Assembly (NCBI GenBank): GCA_964434115.1
Contig: CAYSSX010000004.1
Span: forward strand, 17,684 to 81,683
Reading direction: 5' to 3'
DNA length: 64,000 bases
Source: an uncultured bacterium
GTDB taxonomy: Bacteria; Omnitrophota; Omnitrophia; Omnitrophales; Aquincolibacteriaceae
Shown here: positions 47,582-56,705 of the stretch, piece by piece
Layout: each line of letters opens with the position of its first letter
Numbering within the stretch: the stretch's first letter is position 1
Translations under genes and position numbers: made by a program
The notes under the pieces: generated by a model
What the model was told of the DNA's origin: nothing
Seen by the model: the letters and a program-made list of their open reading frames with translations, nothing else
Database searches by the model: none

Positions 47582-47878
47582 TTAAAGCGGTTGGTCTTTC
47601 TGGCAGTCGCTCCACACTACCTTGCGGAAAGTATCGTTTTCATCCATTAAAATCTCCAAACGCCGGCGGAGTTTTTTGATAAAAACGGCATCCTGCGGAT
47701 ACTTCTCTTTATTCACCAAAAGATCAATTCTCATCAGGTAATCATGAATCAAACGGCTGTTTTTCCGGATTTGGGCGCGGAGGATTTCCGATTCTTTTTC
47801 CGTGAGCCGTAAGGACTGCTCGTCGAGCTTAGGCTGGGTTTTAACGGGCGGGATGTCGGTGCCCAGATGGAACATCAT
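47582..47878 (-). CDS. Hypothetical protein.
   Basis: 98 aa. Its start overlaps the upstream gene's stop by 4 nt, suggesting translational coupling. No recognisable motif. Confidence 0.4.
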   Translation of the reverse strand: MMFHLGTDIPPVKTQPKLDEQSLRLTEKESEILRAQIRKNSRLIHDYLMRIDLLVNKEKYPQDAVFIKKLRRRLEILMDENDTFRKVVWSDCQKDQPL

Positions 47879-48366
47879 AGGGCGCTCCTCGCCAAAAGGT
47901 TTTCCAGATCGGTTAAAAAATCCGTCTTGAAATAAACGCGGTCGCAGCCGGCGCGCTGAGCTTCTTCCTTCACGCTGCGCTTGGACTGTGAAACAAATCC
48001 AAAAATAGGAAACTTTGCAGCCTGAGAAGATGTCTTGAGCGCCTCTAACAGCCGGAAAGCTTCGGCTTCACAGCCGTCGAAATCAAGAAACATCATCACG
48101 GGCTTGGTTTCCTGTAAGTGCTGAAGCAGCGATGCCGCACGGCTCGCGTTATGGACTTGCAGGTGGCACTTGCGCGCCGCGGCCGCAATTTTCGTGGCGA
48201 CCGGAACACTGGAGACAAGGCCGAGCACGAGCCCTGCTGACGGCTGCGTTTTTCCGGAGGAGAAAAGGTCGTCGTGAAAATCCGAGGCAAAGGATTTGCC
48301 CATAAGTGTTTTGGGAAGATCCTGCAGTAAAAAAGTTTTTTCAAGCTGCAAAGGAAAAGGTCTCAT
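47875..48366 (-). CDS. Response-regulator receiver (CheY-like) domain protein, atypical.
   Basis: 163 aa. VLGLVSS...PVMMFLDFDG...IFGFVSQSK...EEAQRAGCDRVYFK resembles a REC fold, with a phospho-acceptor-like Asp in DFDG. Confidence 0.4.
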   Translation of the reverse strand: MRPFPLQLEKTFLLQDLPKTLMGKSFASDFHDDLFSSGKTQPSAGLVLGLVSSVPVATKIAAAARKCHLQVHNASRAASLLQHLQETKPVMMFLDFDGCEAEAFRLLEALKTSSQAAKFPIFGFVSQSKRSVKEEAQRAGCDRVYFKTDFLTDLENLLARSAL

Positions 48367-48415
48367 ATCACGCCTTCGAATTAACTGAAATCCAAATCAA
48401 AAGCACTCTGAGAGA

Positions 48416-49762
48416 TTAACTCGATTTGGGAGCTGAATCAAGGTTTTGATTCGCAAGTTTGCGTATGACCTCAATCTTCGCCTTCGCATCCTCGCGCAAA
48501 GCCTTTGGGAAACGTACTTTTTGGAGAAGAGATTCCGCTTCCGCCCAATGACGCTCTTCAATCTGCGCCATGGCCTGCTCGTAAAACTTTCTCTGCTCCG
48601 CGGTCTTTTCCGGCAAAAGCGTCTCAAGCACCGCTTTTTTGGCCCTTAAGTCCTCCGAGATCGGGACAAGGTTGCCGATGGGCGGCGTTGGCGGCGTTAA
48701 AATATCCATCAAGGTCGCGCCAATGTCCCGGTCAATTTGCCGGATCGATTCCGGGTAGTTCGGCGCCGAACTGTCAGGCTTCACCGATTGCTCAAAGCCC
48801 GCTATTTTCTGTTCCAACTGTCCCGCGCTTTCCCAGGCCTCGGCCCAGGATTTTTTTTGCAGCAGTTCGCGGACAGCCAAATAGTCACGGCTAATTTCCT
48901 CTTCGCGCGACCGCAGCTGGCCTTCGATCAGCATCGTATTGAGGGCGCCGATTTTGGAGAGGGTATCATTGATGAATGGCCTCAGCATGGTGAGCGCCAC
49001 ACCGCGGTGCTTCATCGGATCCGGGCTGTAAAGCGGGAAGGCAAGCGCATTCACCCAGGAGTCGCGGGCTTTCAGAATATCTCCCGCAAGAAAAGCCTCT
49101 GACCCGGGCAGATACTGCGCTTTAAAAAGATCCATAATTTTTCCCTGGTAGCTTCTCGGGAAAGTGATTTTGTAGAATTGCTGCTGTTCAGCCAGCATTT
49201 TGGAAAAAGTTTCAATCGTCCATGCCTGCGAAGGCAGTTTTTGAACGGTTCCGGTCTGGAAGGACGCTTCTTTGGAAAGAATACCGGCTTGTTCCGGTGA
49301 AGGCTCTGGCGATTCCTGTACCGTGACGGCTTTAGAAAGCAGTTGTTCTTCTTCAGGAGAAAGACCCTGGACTGCTGCGGCCGGCGCCGAGGGAGCCGCC
49401 TCTCCGGCAGGTCCTTGAATGCCGGCAGGCGCCTCGATTTTCTTGTTTTCAGCCCGGCTCTTCAAGGAACCCATGACGGGTTTCAGAAAATTCCAGGCAA
49501 GAAATAAAAGAAGAACGGCGGCCAGAAAAAGAAAAACGGGCTTGAATGCCGCTCCCAAATTCACGGAAGGTTTGGGGAACGGCAAAGACACCGGTTTAAA
49601 AGATGCTTTTTCAGGCTTGGAAACCGGGGTCGCTTTCGCGGGACCACCGGTGTCAGGCTTCACGGACGTGCTCCAAAAACAGGAAGGGCACTCCACGATC
49701 TCGCGCTCTTCCGATTCAAAGCGTTTTCCGCAATGCGTGCAAAGGTATTTTTTCAGTGCCAT
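48416..49762 (-). CDS. Hypothetical membrane protein with an N-terminal zinc ribbon.
   Basis: 448 aa. CTHCGKRFESEEREIVECPSC, then a Pro/Ala/Ser-rich linker, a TM helix (FKPVFLFLAAVLLLFLAWNF) and a large C-terminal domain of unknown function. Confidence 0.5.
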   Translation of the reverse strand: MALKKYLCTHCGKRFESEEREIVECPSCFWSTSVKPDTGGPAKATPVSKPEKASFKPVSLPFPKPSVNLGAAFKPVFLFLAAVLLLFLAWNFLKPVMGSLKSRAENKKIEAPAGIQGPAGEAAPSAPAAAVQGLSPEEEQLLSKAVTVQESPEPSPEQAGILSKEASFQTGTVQKLPSQAWTIETFSKMLAEQQQFYKITFPRSYQGKIMDLFKAQYLPGSEAFLAGDILKARDSWVNALAFPLYSPDPMKHRGVALTMLRPFINDTLSKIGALNTMLIEGQLRSREEEISRDYLAVRELLQKKSWAEAWESAGQLEQKIAGFEQSVKPDSSAPNYPESIRQIDRDIGATLMDILTPPTPPIGNLVPISEDLRAKKAVLETLLPEKTAEQRKFYEQAMAQIEERHWAEAESLLQKVRFPKALREDAKAKIEVIRKLANQNLDSAPKSS

Positions 49763-49817
49763 AACTCTCTCTTTAGGTTAATGACGTATCGACGAAGCGT
49801 AAGGGTTTCTCCACCCT

Positions 49818-50816
49818 TCAATTATCAAAGACGTTCTCATTGCCTTTATTATTCTGAGGAATAAAAATTTTTCCGTCCGTCTGAGTCATGTCGGTTTCAT
49901 CCGTCTTTTTCTCATACGACGGAATGCCGTTTTTATACATGTTTTTGGAAATCCGCCGGCCATTCTCGCCGTACACACTGCTCTCGCCGTCGAGTTTTCC
50001 GTTTTTATAGGAAAGCTGGGATTGAATCTTCCCGTTTTGATAGTAAATCTTGGTCACGCCGTCCTGTTTCCCATCCACAAAACTCCATTCGGCATACAGC
50101 TTCCCGTTGGGATAAAAGGTCTTTGTAATGCCGTTCTGAGGATTGAGCGGCGGCAGCATGGGGTCCCGTTTGGGCTTATTGCCAATCGTTTCTTTAAGCT
50201 GAGAGGTAATATCCTGCTGATTTGAACTCTTAAAAAAGGGCGAATTGGGGTCAAAAATGTACCCCACAATGGCCATGACCGCCGCCAGCGCCAAAAACTG
50301 CAGAAAAAGTTTTCCCGCGCTGAGCTTGTCGGATTTACTTCCTTTTTCATAAACCACTTCGTCCCGGCTGTCATCTTCGTCAAAGAAATTTCCTTTGCGC
50401 TTAAGCCCGCCCGTTTCGAGAAAAATCTTGGCTTGGCCGACCTGCCGCCCGTCCTTAAACTTGCCTTCCTTTTTGAGAATCCCGCTGGAGTAATAAACCC
50501 GGGCAACGCCCGTAAGACGGCCGTTCACATAAGGCAGCTCGGACTGAACAATCCCGTTCCTGTAAAACGACCGGACCAAACCGTGGAATTGCCCTTTCCG
50601 GCAGATGGACTCCACCCACAATTCGCCGCTTTCGTAAAACTCCTGGGAAATTCCTTCTATTTTTCCGGCCACATACTCCATCTTCTTGCGGACCGCGCCG
50701 GACTCATAATATTCCACGGTGGGTCCTTCCTGAACGTCATCAACAACGGTCAGAACCCGCTTGGTGGCACCTGAAACGTAATATTCCTTTTTTACTTTTT
50801 CGAACCCTGTTCCCAT
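49818..50816 (-). CDS. MORN-repeat-variant (YwqK-like) membrane protein.
   Basis: 332 aa. Repeated Y-E/Y-SG-x-L-x-x-E/G-x-Y/F-K-x-G-x-x-x-G MORN-variant units on both sides of a central TM helix (LFLQFLALAAVMAIVGYIF). Confidence 0.6.
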   Translation of the reverse strand: MGTGFEKVKKEYYVSGATKRVLTVVDDVQEGPTVEYYESGAVRKKMEYVAGKIEGISQEFYESGELWVESICRKGQFHGLVRSFYRNGIVQSELPYVNGRLTGVARVYYSSGILKKEGKFKDGRQVGQAKIFLETGGLKRKGNFFDEDDSRDEVVYEKGSKSDKLSAGKLFLQFLALAAVMAIVGYIFDPNSPFFKSSNQQDITSQLKETIGNKPKRDPMLPPLNPQNGITKTFYPNGKLYAEWSFVDGKQDGVTKIYYQNGKIQSQLSYKNGKLDGESSVYGENGRRISKNMYKNGIPSYEKKTDETDMTQTDGKIFIPQNNKGNENVFDN

Positions 50817-50971
50817 AGCCCCATCCGATTCATGCCTTAAGGTTACTTTTTAAAACAGCGATAATCTAACACAAGTTTACTTGGCGGCTCCAAAGCTTGC
50901 AAAACCCTTGGGTTACGGCTAGGCTCTGAGAGCGGAACCAACCTTTTTAAAACAGAACTGTGGAAGCTCCT

Positions 50972-51685
50972 ATGTTCTTGTTCCTAAAGCTTTATCTAGC
51001 CCATCTCATCGGCGATTTCATCCTCCAGTTTGAGGAACTTTACCGTCTCAAAGTGAGAAGCTGGACCGGGCATGTCCTTCACGTCCTCATCCACGCCGCG
51101 GTTTCCGCCCTGTTCGTGATCCCCTTGTGGGGGCACCCTGGGGTGTGGCTCTTTATTGCCGGCGTGACGCTGATCCACCTGGCAGAGGACCTCCTTAAAT
51201 ACGCCCTGCAGCAAAAACACCCCCATTGGCGGTTTGTCCTTTTCACCGGAGACCAGCTGGTGCATGCCGGGGTCATTGCCGCGGTCTTCCTTTTTCCGAT
51301 CCACTTGCTTAAGGCGGGTTTCCCCAGCCATCCGGGACTTGATTTTTATTACTCCCAGGATGTCTGGACCCTTCTGGCCATTCTTTTTGTGTTCATCACT
51401 TTCGGCGCCGCGTACTTCCTTCACGCCTTCCGGCTCAACTATTTAAAGGACAGCCGGCAGGATCATTTCATCACGCGTTTTGAGATGATCCATGGCTTCA
51501 TTGAGCGCTCTCTCGTTGCAGGATTTTTTCTTTTCTTTCACCCAGGCATTGCTTTGGCCGTGTCTTTCGCGGCAGGCCTGCCCCGTTTCTTTTTTAGCAA
51601 ACTGCGCAGCAAAACAGATTTCGCACTGAGCGCGGGCTTTGCCGCGGCGCTCGGACTTCTCTTTAAAAACTGGATCCATTTTTGA
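50972..51685 (+). CDS. DUF3307 family membrane protein.
   Basis: MFLFLKLYLAHLIGDFILQ is the typical DUF3307 N-terminus, in a polytopic membrane protein. The start is chosen at the second ATG because GGAAG lies 7 nt upstream of it. Confidence 0.55.
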   Translation: MFLFLKLYLAHLIGDFILQFEELYRLKVRSWTGHVLHVLIHAAVSALFVIPLWGHPGVWLFIAGVTLIHLAEDLLKYALQQKHPHWRFVLFTGDQLVHAGVIAAVFLFPIHLLKAGFPSHPGLDFYYSQDVWTLLAILFVFITFGAAYFLHAFRLNYLKDSRQDHFITRFEMIHGFIERSLVAGFFLFFHPGIALAVSFAAGLPRFFFSKLRSKTDFALSAGFAAALGLLFKNWIHF

Positions 51686-51687
51686 AC

Positions 51688-52944
51688 ATGTCTGATCAAA
51701 CCGTCGCGAATCTCAAAAAGGTCCTGGCTGTGAATGCCAAGATCAATTCCACGCTCAACCTTGACGAACTGCTGGGTGTCATCATGACGGTTGCCGCGGA
51801 AGTCATGGATACAGAGGCCTCTTCTCTCATGCTGGTGGATGAAGCCTCTCAGGAACTGGTCTTTCGCGTGGCGCTCGGAGAAAAGGGCCGCGATCTGGTT
51901 GAAAAATTCCGCCTCAAGATCGGCGAAGGCATTGGCGGGCATGTTGCAAAAACAGGAGACTCAGTCATTGTGAATGACCCGCAGAACGATCCCCGCTTCG
52001 CCAAGCGCTTTGACAAGGCAACGGGCTTTTCAACGCAGGCCATTGTCTGTGTTCCGGTCAAAATCCGCGGCAAGGTCACGGGCGTCCTTCAAGCCATTAA
52101 CCCGCGCGGAAGAAAAATATTCGCCCCTGAGGACCTGGAGCTTTTTGAAACTTTTTCCGAACAGGCCGCGCTTTCCCTTGAAAACGCCCGGATTCACGGG
52201 GAATTGATCCGCCAGGAAAAAACAAAGCAGGAACTTTTGATTGCCCGCGACATTCAGCAGAACTTTCTTCCGGATCTCACCGAGAAAAATTTCCCCGCGG
52301 ACATTGCGGCTGAAAGCCTCCCCGCTTTGGAGGTCGGCGGTGATTTTTACGATGTCCTGCCGCTGGACGGCCGGAGGACCGGGCTTGTCATTGGTGATGT
52401 TTCAGGCAAAGGTGTTCCCGCGGCTCTCTACATGGTGAGGGTCATTTCCGAATACCGTTTTCTGGCCCCTCGGTGCAAAGGCCCGGCGGAACTTCTCACG
52501 GCCCTCAATCAATCGCTTGCCGCAAAGACCCAAAGAGGCATGTTTGTCACCCTTCTCTGCCTGTTCGTGGAAAATGATTCCGGGAAACTGCATTACGGGT
52601 TGGCGGGCCATCTGCCGCTGCTCAAAAGATCCGTGTCCGGAGAAACCGCCTTTTTGGGAGACGCCTCGGGGCTGCCCCTCGGGCTCATGCCCGAAGCCGA
52701 ATACAGCGAGGCCTCGCTTCAAACTTCGCCGGGAGATTTATTTTTGTTTTACACCGATGGGGTGACTGAGGCGAGAAACATCAAAGGGCAGGAATTCGGA
52801 GCGGAAAGCCTTGAAAATTTTATCAAAAACTCAAACGGGTCCGCCAAAGAAAGCGTCCAAGGCCTGATCGCTCATCTTCAGAAATTTACTTCGGGGGCCC
52901 CTCAGCACGACGACACCACAGCGCTCGCCCTTCGGATTCCCTAA
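51688..52944 (+). CDS. GAF-domain PP2C-type serine phosphatase (RsbU/SpoIIE family).
   Basis: N-terminal GAF domain (LDELLGVIMTVAAEVMDTEASSLMLVDE...). C-terminal PP2C/SpoIIE domain (VGGDFYDV, GDVSGKGVPAALYM, FLFYTDGVTEA). Confidence 0.85.
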   Translation: MSDQTVANLKKVLAVNAKINSTLNLDELLGVIMTVAAEVMDTEASSLMLVDEASQELVFRVALGEKGRDLVEKFRLKIGEGIGGHVAKTGDSVIVNDPQNDPRFAKRFDKATGFSTQAIVCVPVKIRGKVTGVLQAINPRGRKIFAPEDLELFETFSEQAALSLENARIHGELIRQEKTKQELLIARDIQQNFLPDLTEKNFPADIAAESLPALEVGGDFYDVLPLDGRRTGLVIGDVSGKGVPAALYMVRVISEYRFLAPRCKGPAELLTALNQSLAAKTQRGMFVTLLCLFVENDSGKLHYGLAGHLPLLKRSVSGETAFLGDASGLPLGLMPEAEYSEASLQTSPGDLFLFYTDGVTEARNIKGQEFGAESLENFIKNSNGSAKESVQGLIAHLQKFTSGAPQHDDTTALALRIP

Positions 52945-54062
52945 GGAATTGGAGCAAGCGTCTTCGGCAAAGTTAAGAGGAACGTGGTTCCCTGACCCGC
53001 CTCGCTTTGGATATGAATTTCCCCGCGGTGGCTTTTAACGGTCTTATCAATAATCATAAGTCCGAGCCCCGTTCCCTTGCGGCCCTTGGTTGAGAAAAAG
53101 GCTTCAAACAGCTTCGCGCGCACTTCCTCGCTCATCCCGACTCCATTGTCTGAAATGGAAATCTCATAAGACCCGGTGTCTTTGGACTTCGCGGCCACCC
53201 GTACCCAGCGGTTCTCTTTGGCCGTATCCACGGCCTCAATCGCGTTTTTGACCAGATTTAAAAGCGTCCGGTACAGCGCGCGTCGGTCCGCATCCACTTT
53301 CGGAAAATCCTGCTCCGTCGAAAAGCCGAGTTCGATCTTGTAATCCGCGGCTTTGTCCGTTAAATCTTCACGCAGATCGCGGAAAATTTCCTCAAGGTCT
53401 GTTTTTTCGGTTTCAAGGGCATAGTCCTTGGTCAAACTAAGCATGTCGAGCGTAAAACCATCGAGCTCCTTCAGCGCACGTTCAATATTGCGCATGCCCC
53501 GCTGAAGAAAATGTTCTTTTTTGTTTTCCATGCCGCGCTTGATGAAATCATAGGAAAGCCGTGCCAGCTGCATAATGTTTTTGATTTCATGGAGCACCAT
53601 GCCGGTCGTTTGTCCGACCGCCGCAAGACGTTCCATTTTGAGGTTTTCCTCAAACAGAAGCAGTGTCTTGAGTGAGCCTGCCATTTGGGCAGCCAGGCCC
53701 ACGGCAAGATCCAGGTCTTCCCGGACAAAGGCAGGCGCTCCGGGCCTGGTAAAAACCGCAACCCCGAGGACGGTATTCCCGGCAAACAGAGGCACGAAAA
53801 GCAGGCTGTCTTTCAGCCGGGGTTTGCCGTCCACAGCCACTTCCTGGGCTTCCGGCTGGACGGCTTTGGCGGCCGCCGGCTGATCAGGGACCGTCGAGGT
53901 CTCAAGCCAGAGACGGTCTTCGCGGCCCGAGAGAAAAAGATGTCCTTCCGGGGCATTCACAAATTTAGAAGTGCTTTCGAGAAAAAAACCGCACAAAGAG
54001 ACGCGATCCGTTAAGGATTGGTAAATTTTCCCGATTTCGTGGGCGGATTGAAAATCGTGCAT
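52941..54062 (-). CDS. GAF-domain sensor histidine kinase.
   Basis: 373 aa. N-terminal GAF domain. H-box LHEIKNIMQ. N, G1 and G2 boxes: NLVKNAIEA, DNGVGM and GTGLGL. Confidence 0.85.
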   Translation of the reverse strand: MHDFQSAHEIGKIYQSLTDRVSLCGFFLESTSKFVNAPEGHLFLSGREDRLWLETSTVPDQPAAAKAVQPEAQEVAVDGKPRLKDSLLFVPLFAGNTVLGVAVFTRPGAPAFVREDLDLAVGLAAQMAGSLKTLLLFEENLKMERLAAVGQTTGMVLHEIKNIMQLARLSYDFIKRGMENKKEHFLQRGMRNIERALKELDGFTLDMLSLTKDYALETEKTDLEEIFRDLREDLTDKAADYKIELGFSTEQDFPKVDADRRALYRTLLNLVKNAIEAVDTAKENRWVRVAAKSKDTGSYEISISDNGVGMSEEVRAKLFEAFFSTKGRKGTGLGLMIIDKTVKSHRGEIHIQSEAGQGTTFLLTLPKTLAPIP

Positions 54063-54180
54063 TCGGCCAATCTAATCCATGCTTTCCGGGAATGCAAGTC
54101 CTTCCCCGTTCAGGAACCTCAATTTTGAAGCCCTTTCAGCCGAACTTTAATACAGCCCAACCACGCTTAGAAGGAGTTGT

Positions 54181-54519
54181 ATGACTATTCAAATCGCTCA
54201 CAAAGAACCGGATATCCTTTGGGTGACCTTTGAAGGAGAGATGGATTACCACGTTTCCACTCACTTGAGGGACCAGATGAACAAAGTGCTGGAGACGAAA
54301 CCCTCCAAAATCCTCCTCGATTTCGCCAAGGTCACTTACATGGACAGCTCCGGCATCGCCGCGTTTGTGGAGTTTTCGCAAAAAGCAAAGGCCTTCCGCT
54401 CCCGGATTGTTTTTACCAGTCTTACGGAACCGGTGCGGCAGGTTTTTACGCTGGCCAAACTTCATCTTTTCTTCTCGATCGCGGGCTCGGAACAGGAAGC
54501 TCTCAAACTCCTGGCCTGA
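54181..54519 (+). CDS. STAS-domain anti-sigma-factor antagonist (SpoIIAA/RsbV-like).
   Basis: 112 aa. ILLDFAKVTYMDSSGIAAFVEF contains the conserved phosphorylatable Ser in the DSSG context. SD AAGGAG lies 6 nt upstream. Confidence 0.8.
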   Translation: MTIQIAHKEPDILWVTFEGEMDYHVSTHLRDQMNKVLETKPSKILLDFAKVTYMDSSGIAAFVEFSQKAKAFRSRIVFTSLTEPVRQVFTLAKLHLFFSIAGSEQEALKLLA

Positions 54520-56705
54520 TGAAGCGGCTGACTCCGGTTATTATTCCGCTTTTTTTTCTTGTGACCGCAGGCTTCCTCTTCGCCCGGATGCCGGAAGCCC
54601 TTGAGTCCGTCCGCCTCAAATATTTTGACACCCTGATGCGCTGGGAGCCCCGCGCCTACCAGGACCTTCCCGTCCGTATTATTGATATCGATGACGCAAC
54701 ACTTCAAAAGTTCGGGCAATGGCCTTGGCCGCGCAGTCTGACGGCCCGCCTGGTGGACAGGCTTCGTGAAGAAAAAGTTTCGGTCATCGCCTTTGACGTT
54801 CTCTTTGCTGAACCGGACCGCACCTCACCGGCAAATCTCGCCGCCCTCTGGTCCGGACAAACGAACAGTGACACCCTTGAAAAAATCCTGACTGAGCTTC
54901 CGGATCACGATCACCTTCTTGCCGAGGCCATTGGCAAAACCAAAGCCGTCACCGCGTTTACTCTGAGTTCCCGCAACACAGGCGGCACCCCGGCTCTTAA
55001 ATCAGGTTTCAGTTTTGCCGGGGACGACCCGCGCATGTACCTCCCGGATTTTCCAGGCACAGTCACAACACTTCCCGAGCTTGAAAACGCGGCCGCCGGA
55101 AACGGAATTATCACTTATCTCGCCGAGTATGACGGCACTGTCCGGGGGGTTCCTCTGGTCTACCAGCTGAGAGGCTCTCTTTACCCGGCCCTGGTGATGG
55201 AAGCTGTACGGATTCATATCGGAACCCGCAATTACAGCCTTCAATCCACGGCCTCCAGCGGAGAAATTCAAATGGGCGAACACGCGGGCCTTCTGAGAGT
55301 CAAAGTCGGCAAAACGATTATCCCGACCGACCCCACGGGAAGACTGCGGCTTTATGACTCAGGATACATTGCCCCAAGAACCGTCCCCGCCTGGCAGGTT
55401 CTGGAAAATAAAATTCCCCTGGGCGGCCTGGAAGGAAAAATCGTTTTCATTGGCACCAGCGCAGCGGGCCTCAAGGATATCCGCGCAACGCCGCTGAACC
55501 CTGCGGCGGCCGGCGTGGAAGTTCATGCCCAGCTCGCAGAGCAAATTTTAAGCGGCGTTTATCTCTACCGTCCTGACTGGGCGGAAGGAGCCGAATTCAC
55601 TTTCTTTCTTGCGGTGGGCTTGCTCATGATTATTTTCATGGGACGCTTGGGGGCTGCAGGCTCGGCCGTGCTTGGGGCTCTTTCGGTCGCCGCCTTTTAC
55701 GGCTTCAGCCTTTACGGTTTTCATCATCTCCGCTGGCTTGTCGACCCAACGCTTCCGTCCATTGCTTCGCTTGTTATTTATACGGTGTCGTCCCTGATTC
55801 ACTTTTTGCGTACGGACCGTGAGAAACAGCAGATCCGAAGCGCCTTTGGCCGCTACCTGGCGCCTTCCCTTGTGAAAGAACTGGCCCAGCACCCGGACCG
55901 TCTTAAACTCGGCGGGGAAATGAAAGTCATGTCCGTTCTTTTCGCGGATATCCGGAATTTCACGGCCCTTGCCGAGCGCATGAAACCAGAGGAGCTGACT
56001 GTGTTTCTAAACCGCTTCCTCACCCCCATGACAAGCACCATCCTTCAGCACAACGGCACTATCGACAAGTACATGGGCGATTGCGTGATGGCTTTCTGGA
56101 ACGCACCGGTAGAAGATCCCGAACACGCTTTTCACGCCTGTCTAACGGCCCTGGAAATGCAGAAGGCCCTTGTCGGGCTTAATAAAAACCAGGAGCCTGT
56201 GAACATGGGCATCGGCATTAACACAGGATCGTGCTGCGTCGGCAATTTGGGGTCGGACCAGCGCTTTGACTACTCCGTGATTGGCGACACGGTGAATATC
56301 GCATCACGCCTGGAGGGGTTGTCACGGCTTTACGGCGTTAATATTTTGGCAGGTCCTGAAACTTTTGCTCTGACAGGCCACCTGTTCTTTTTTCTCGAAG
56401 CGGACCAAGTGCGGGTCAAAGGCCGCCAGGGATCTGTCCGTGTTTACACTTTGATTGGAAAAATTGAAGAATTCGATGCGGCCTTGCGTCAGTCGTGGTC
56501 TGAGCAGCATTCTGAAATGCTTTCTGCCTACCGCTCCCGCGAATGGGACAAAGCCGAGCGCGCGGCACAAGCCTGCCTTAAAACAGGGGGGTCGGCATTG
56601 AGTCTTGCACCGCTCTATCAGTTTTATTTGGAGAAAATTGAGGCTTTCCGGAAAGAACCGCCGGCCGCGGGATGGGAAGGAATTACGGTCGCGTCCGCAA
56701 AATAA
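54519..56705 (+). CDS. CHASE2-domain membrane adenylate/guanylate cyclase (class III).
   Basis: 728 aa. N-terminal TM, a periplasmic CHASE2 region, a TM bundle, then a cyclase domain (FADIRNFTALAE, KYMGDCVMAFWNAP, GINTGSCCVGNLGSDQRFDYSVIGDTVNIASRLEG). The start ATG overlaps the STAS stop as TGATG. Confidence 0.85.
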   Translation: MKRLTPVIIPLFFLVTAGFLFARMPEALESVRLKYFDTLMRWEPRAYQDLPVRIIDIDDATLQKFGQWPWPRSLTARLVDRLREEKVSVIAFDVLFAEPDRTSPANLAALWSGQTNSDTLEKILTELPDHDHLLAEAIGKTKAVTAFTLSSRNTGGTPALKSGFSFAGDDPRMYLPDFPGTVTTLPELENAAAGNGIITYLAEYDGTVRGVPLVYQLRGSLYPALVMEAVRIHIGTRNYSLQSTASSGEIQMGEHAGLLRVKVGKTIIPTDPTGRLRLYDSGYIAPRTVPAWQVLENKIPLGGLEGKIVFIGTSAAGLKDIRATPLNPAAAGVEVHAQLAEQILSGVYLYRPDWAEGAEFTFFLAVGLLMIIFMGRLGAAGSAVLGALSVAAFYGFSLYGFHHLRWLVDPTLPSIASLVIYTVSSLIHFLRTDREKQQIRSAFGRYLAPSLVKELAQHPDRLKLGGEMKVMSVLFADIRNFTALAERMKPEELTVFLNRFLTPMTSTILQHNGTIDKYMGDCVMAFWNAPVEDPEHAFHACLTALEMQKALVGLNKNQEPVNMGIGINTGSCCVGNLGSDQRFDYSVIGDTVNIASRLEGLSRLYGVNILAGPETFALTGHLFFFLEADQVRVKGRQGSVRVYTLIGKIEEFDAALRQSWSEQHSEMLSAYRSREWDKAERAAQACLKTGGSALSLAPLYQFYLEKIEAFRKEPPAAGWEGITVASAK

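Noticed and set aside
46700-47650. 316-aa plus-strand ORF.
   Set aside because: Antisense to glgC.
49770-49812. Hairpin AAGGGT-ttctcc-ACCCTT downstream of the MORN gene as a terminator.
   Set aside because: There is no T-tract on either strand after the stem.
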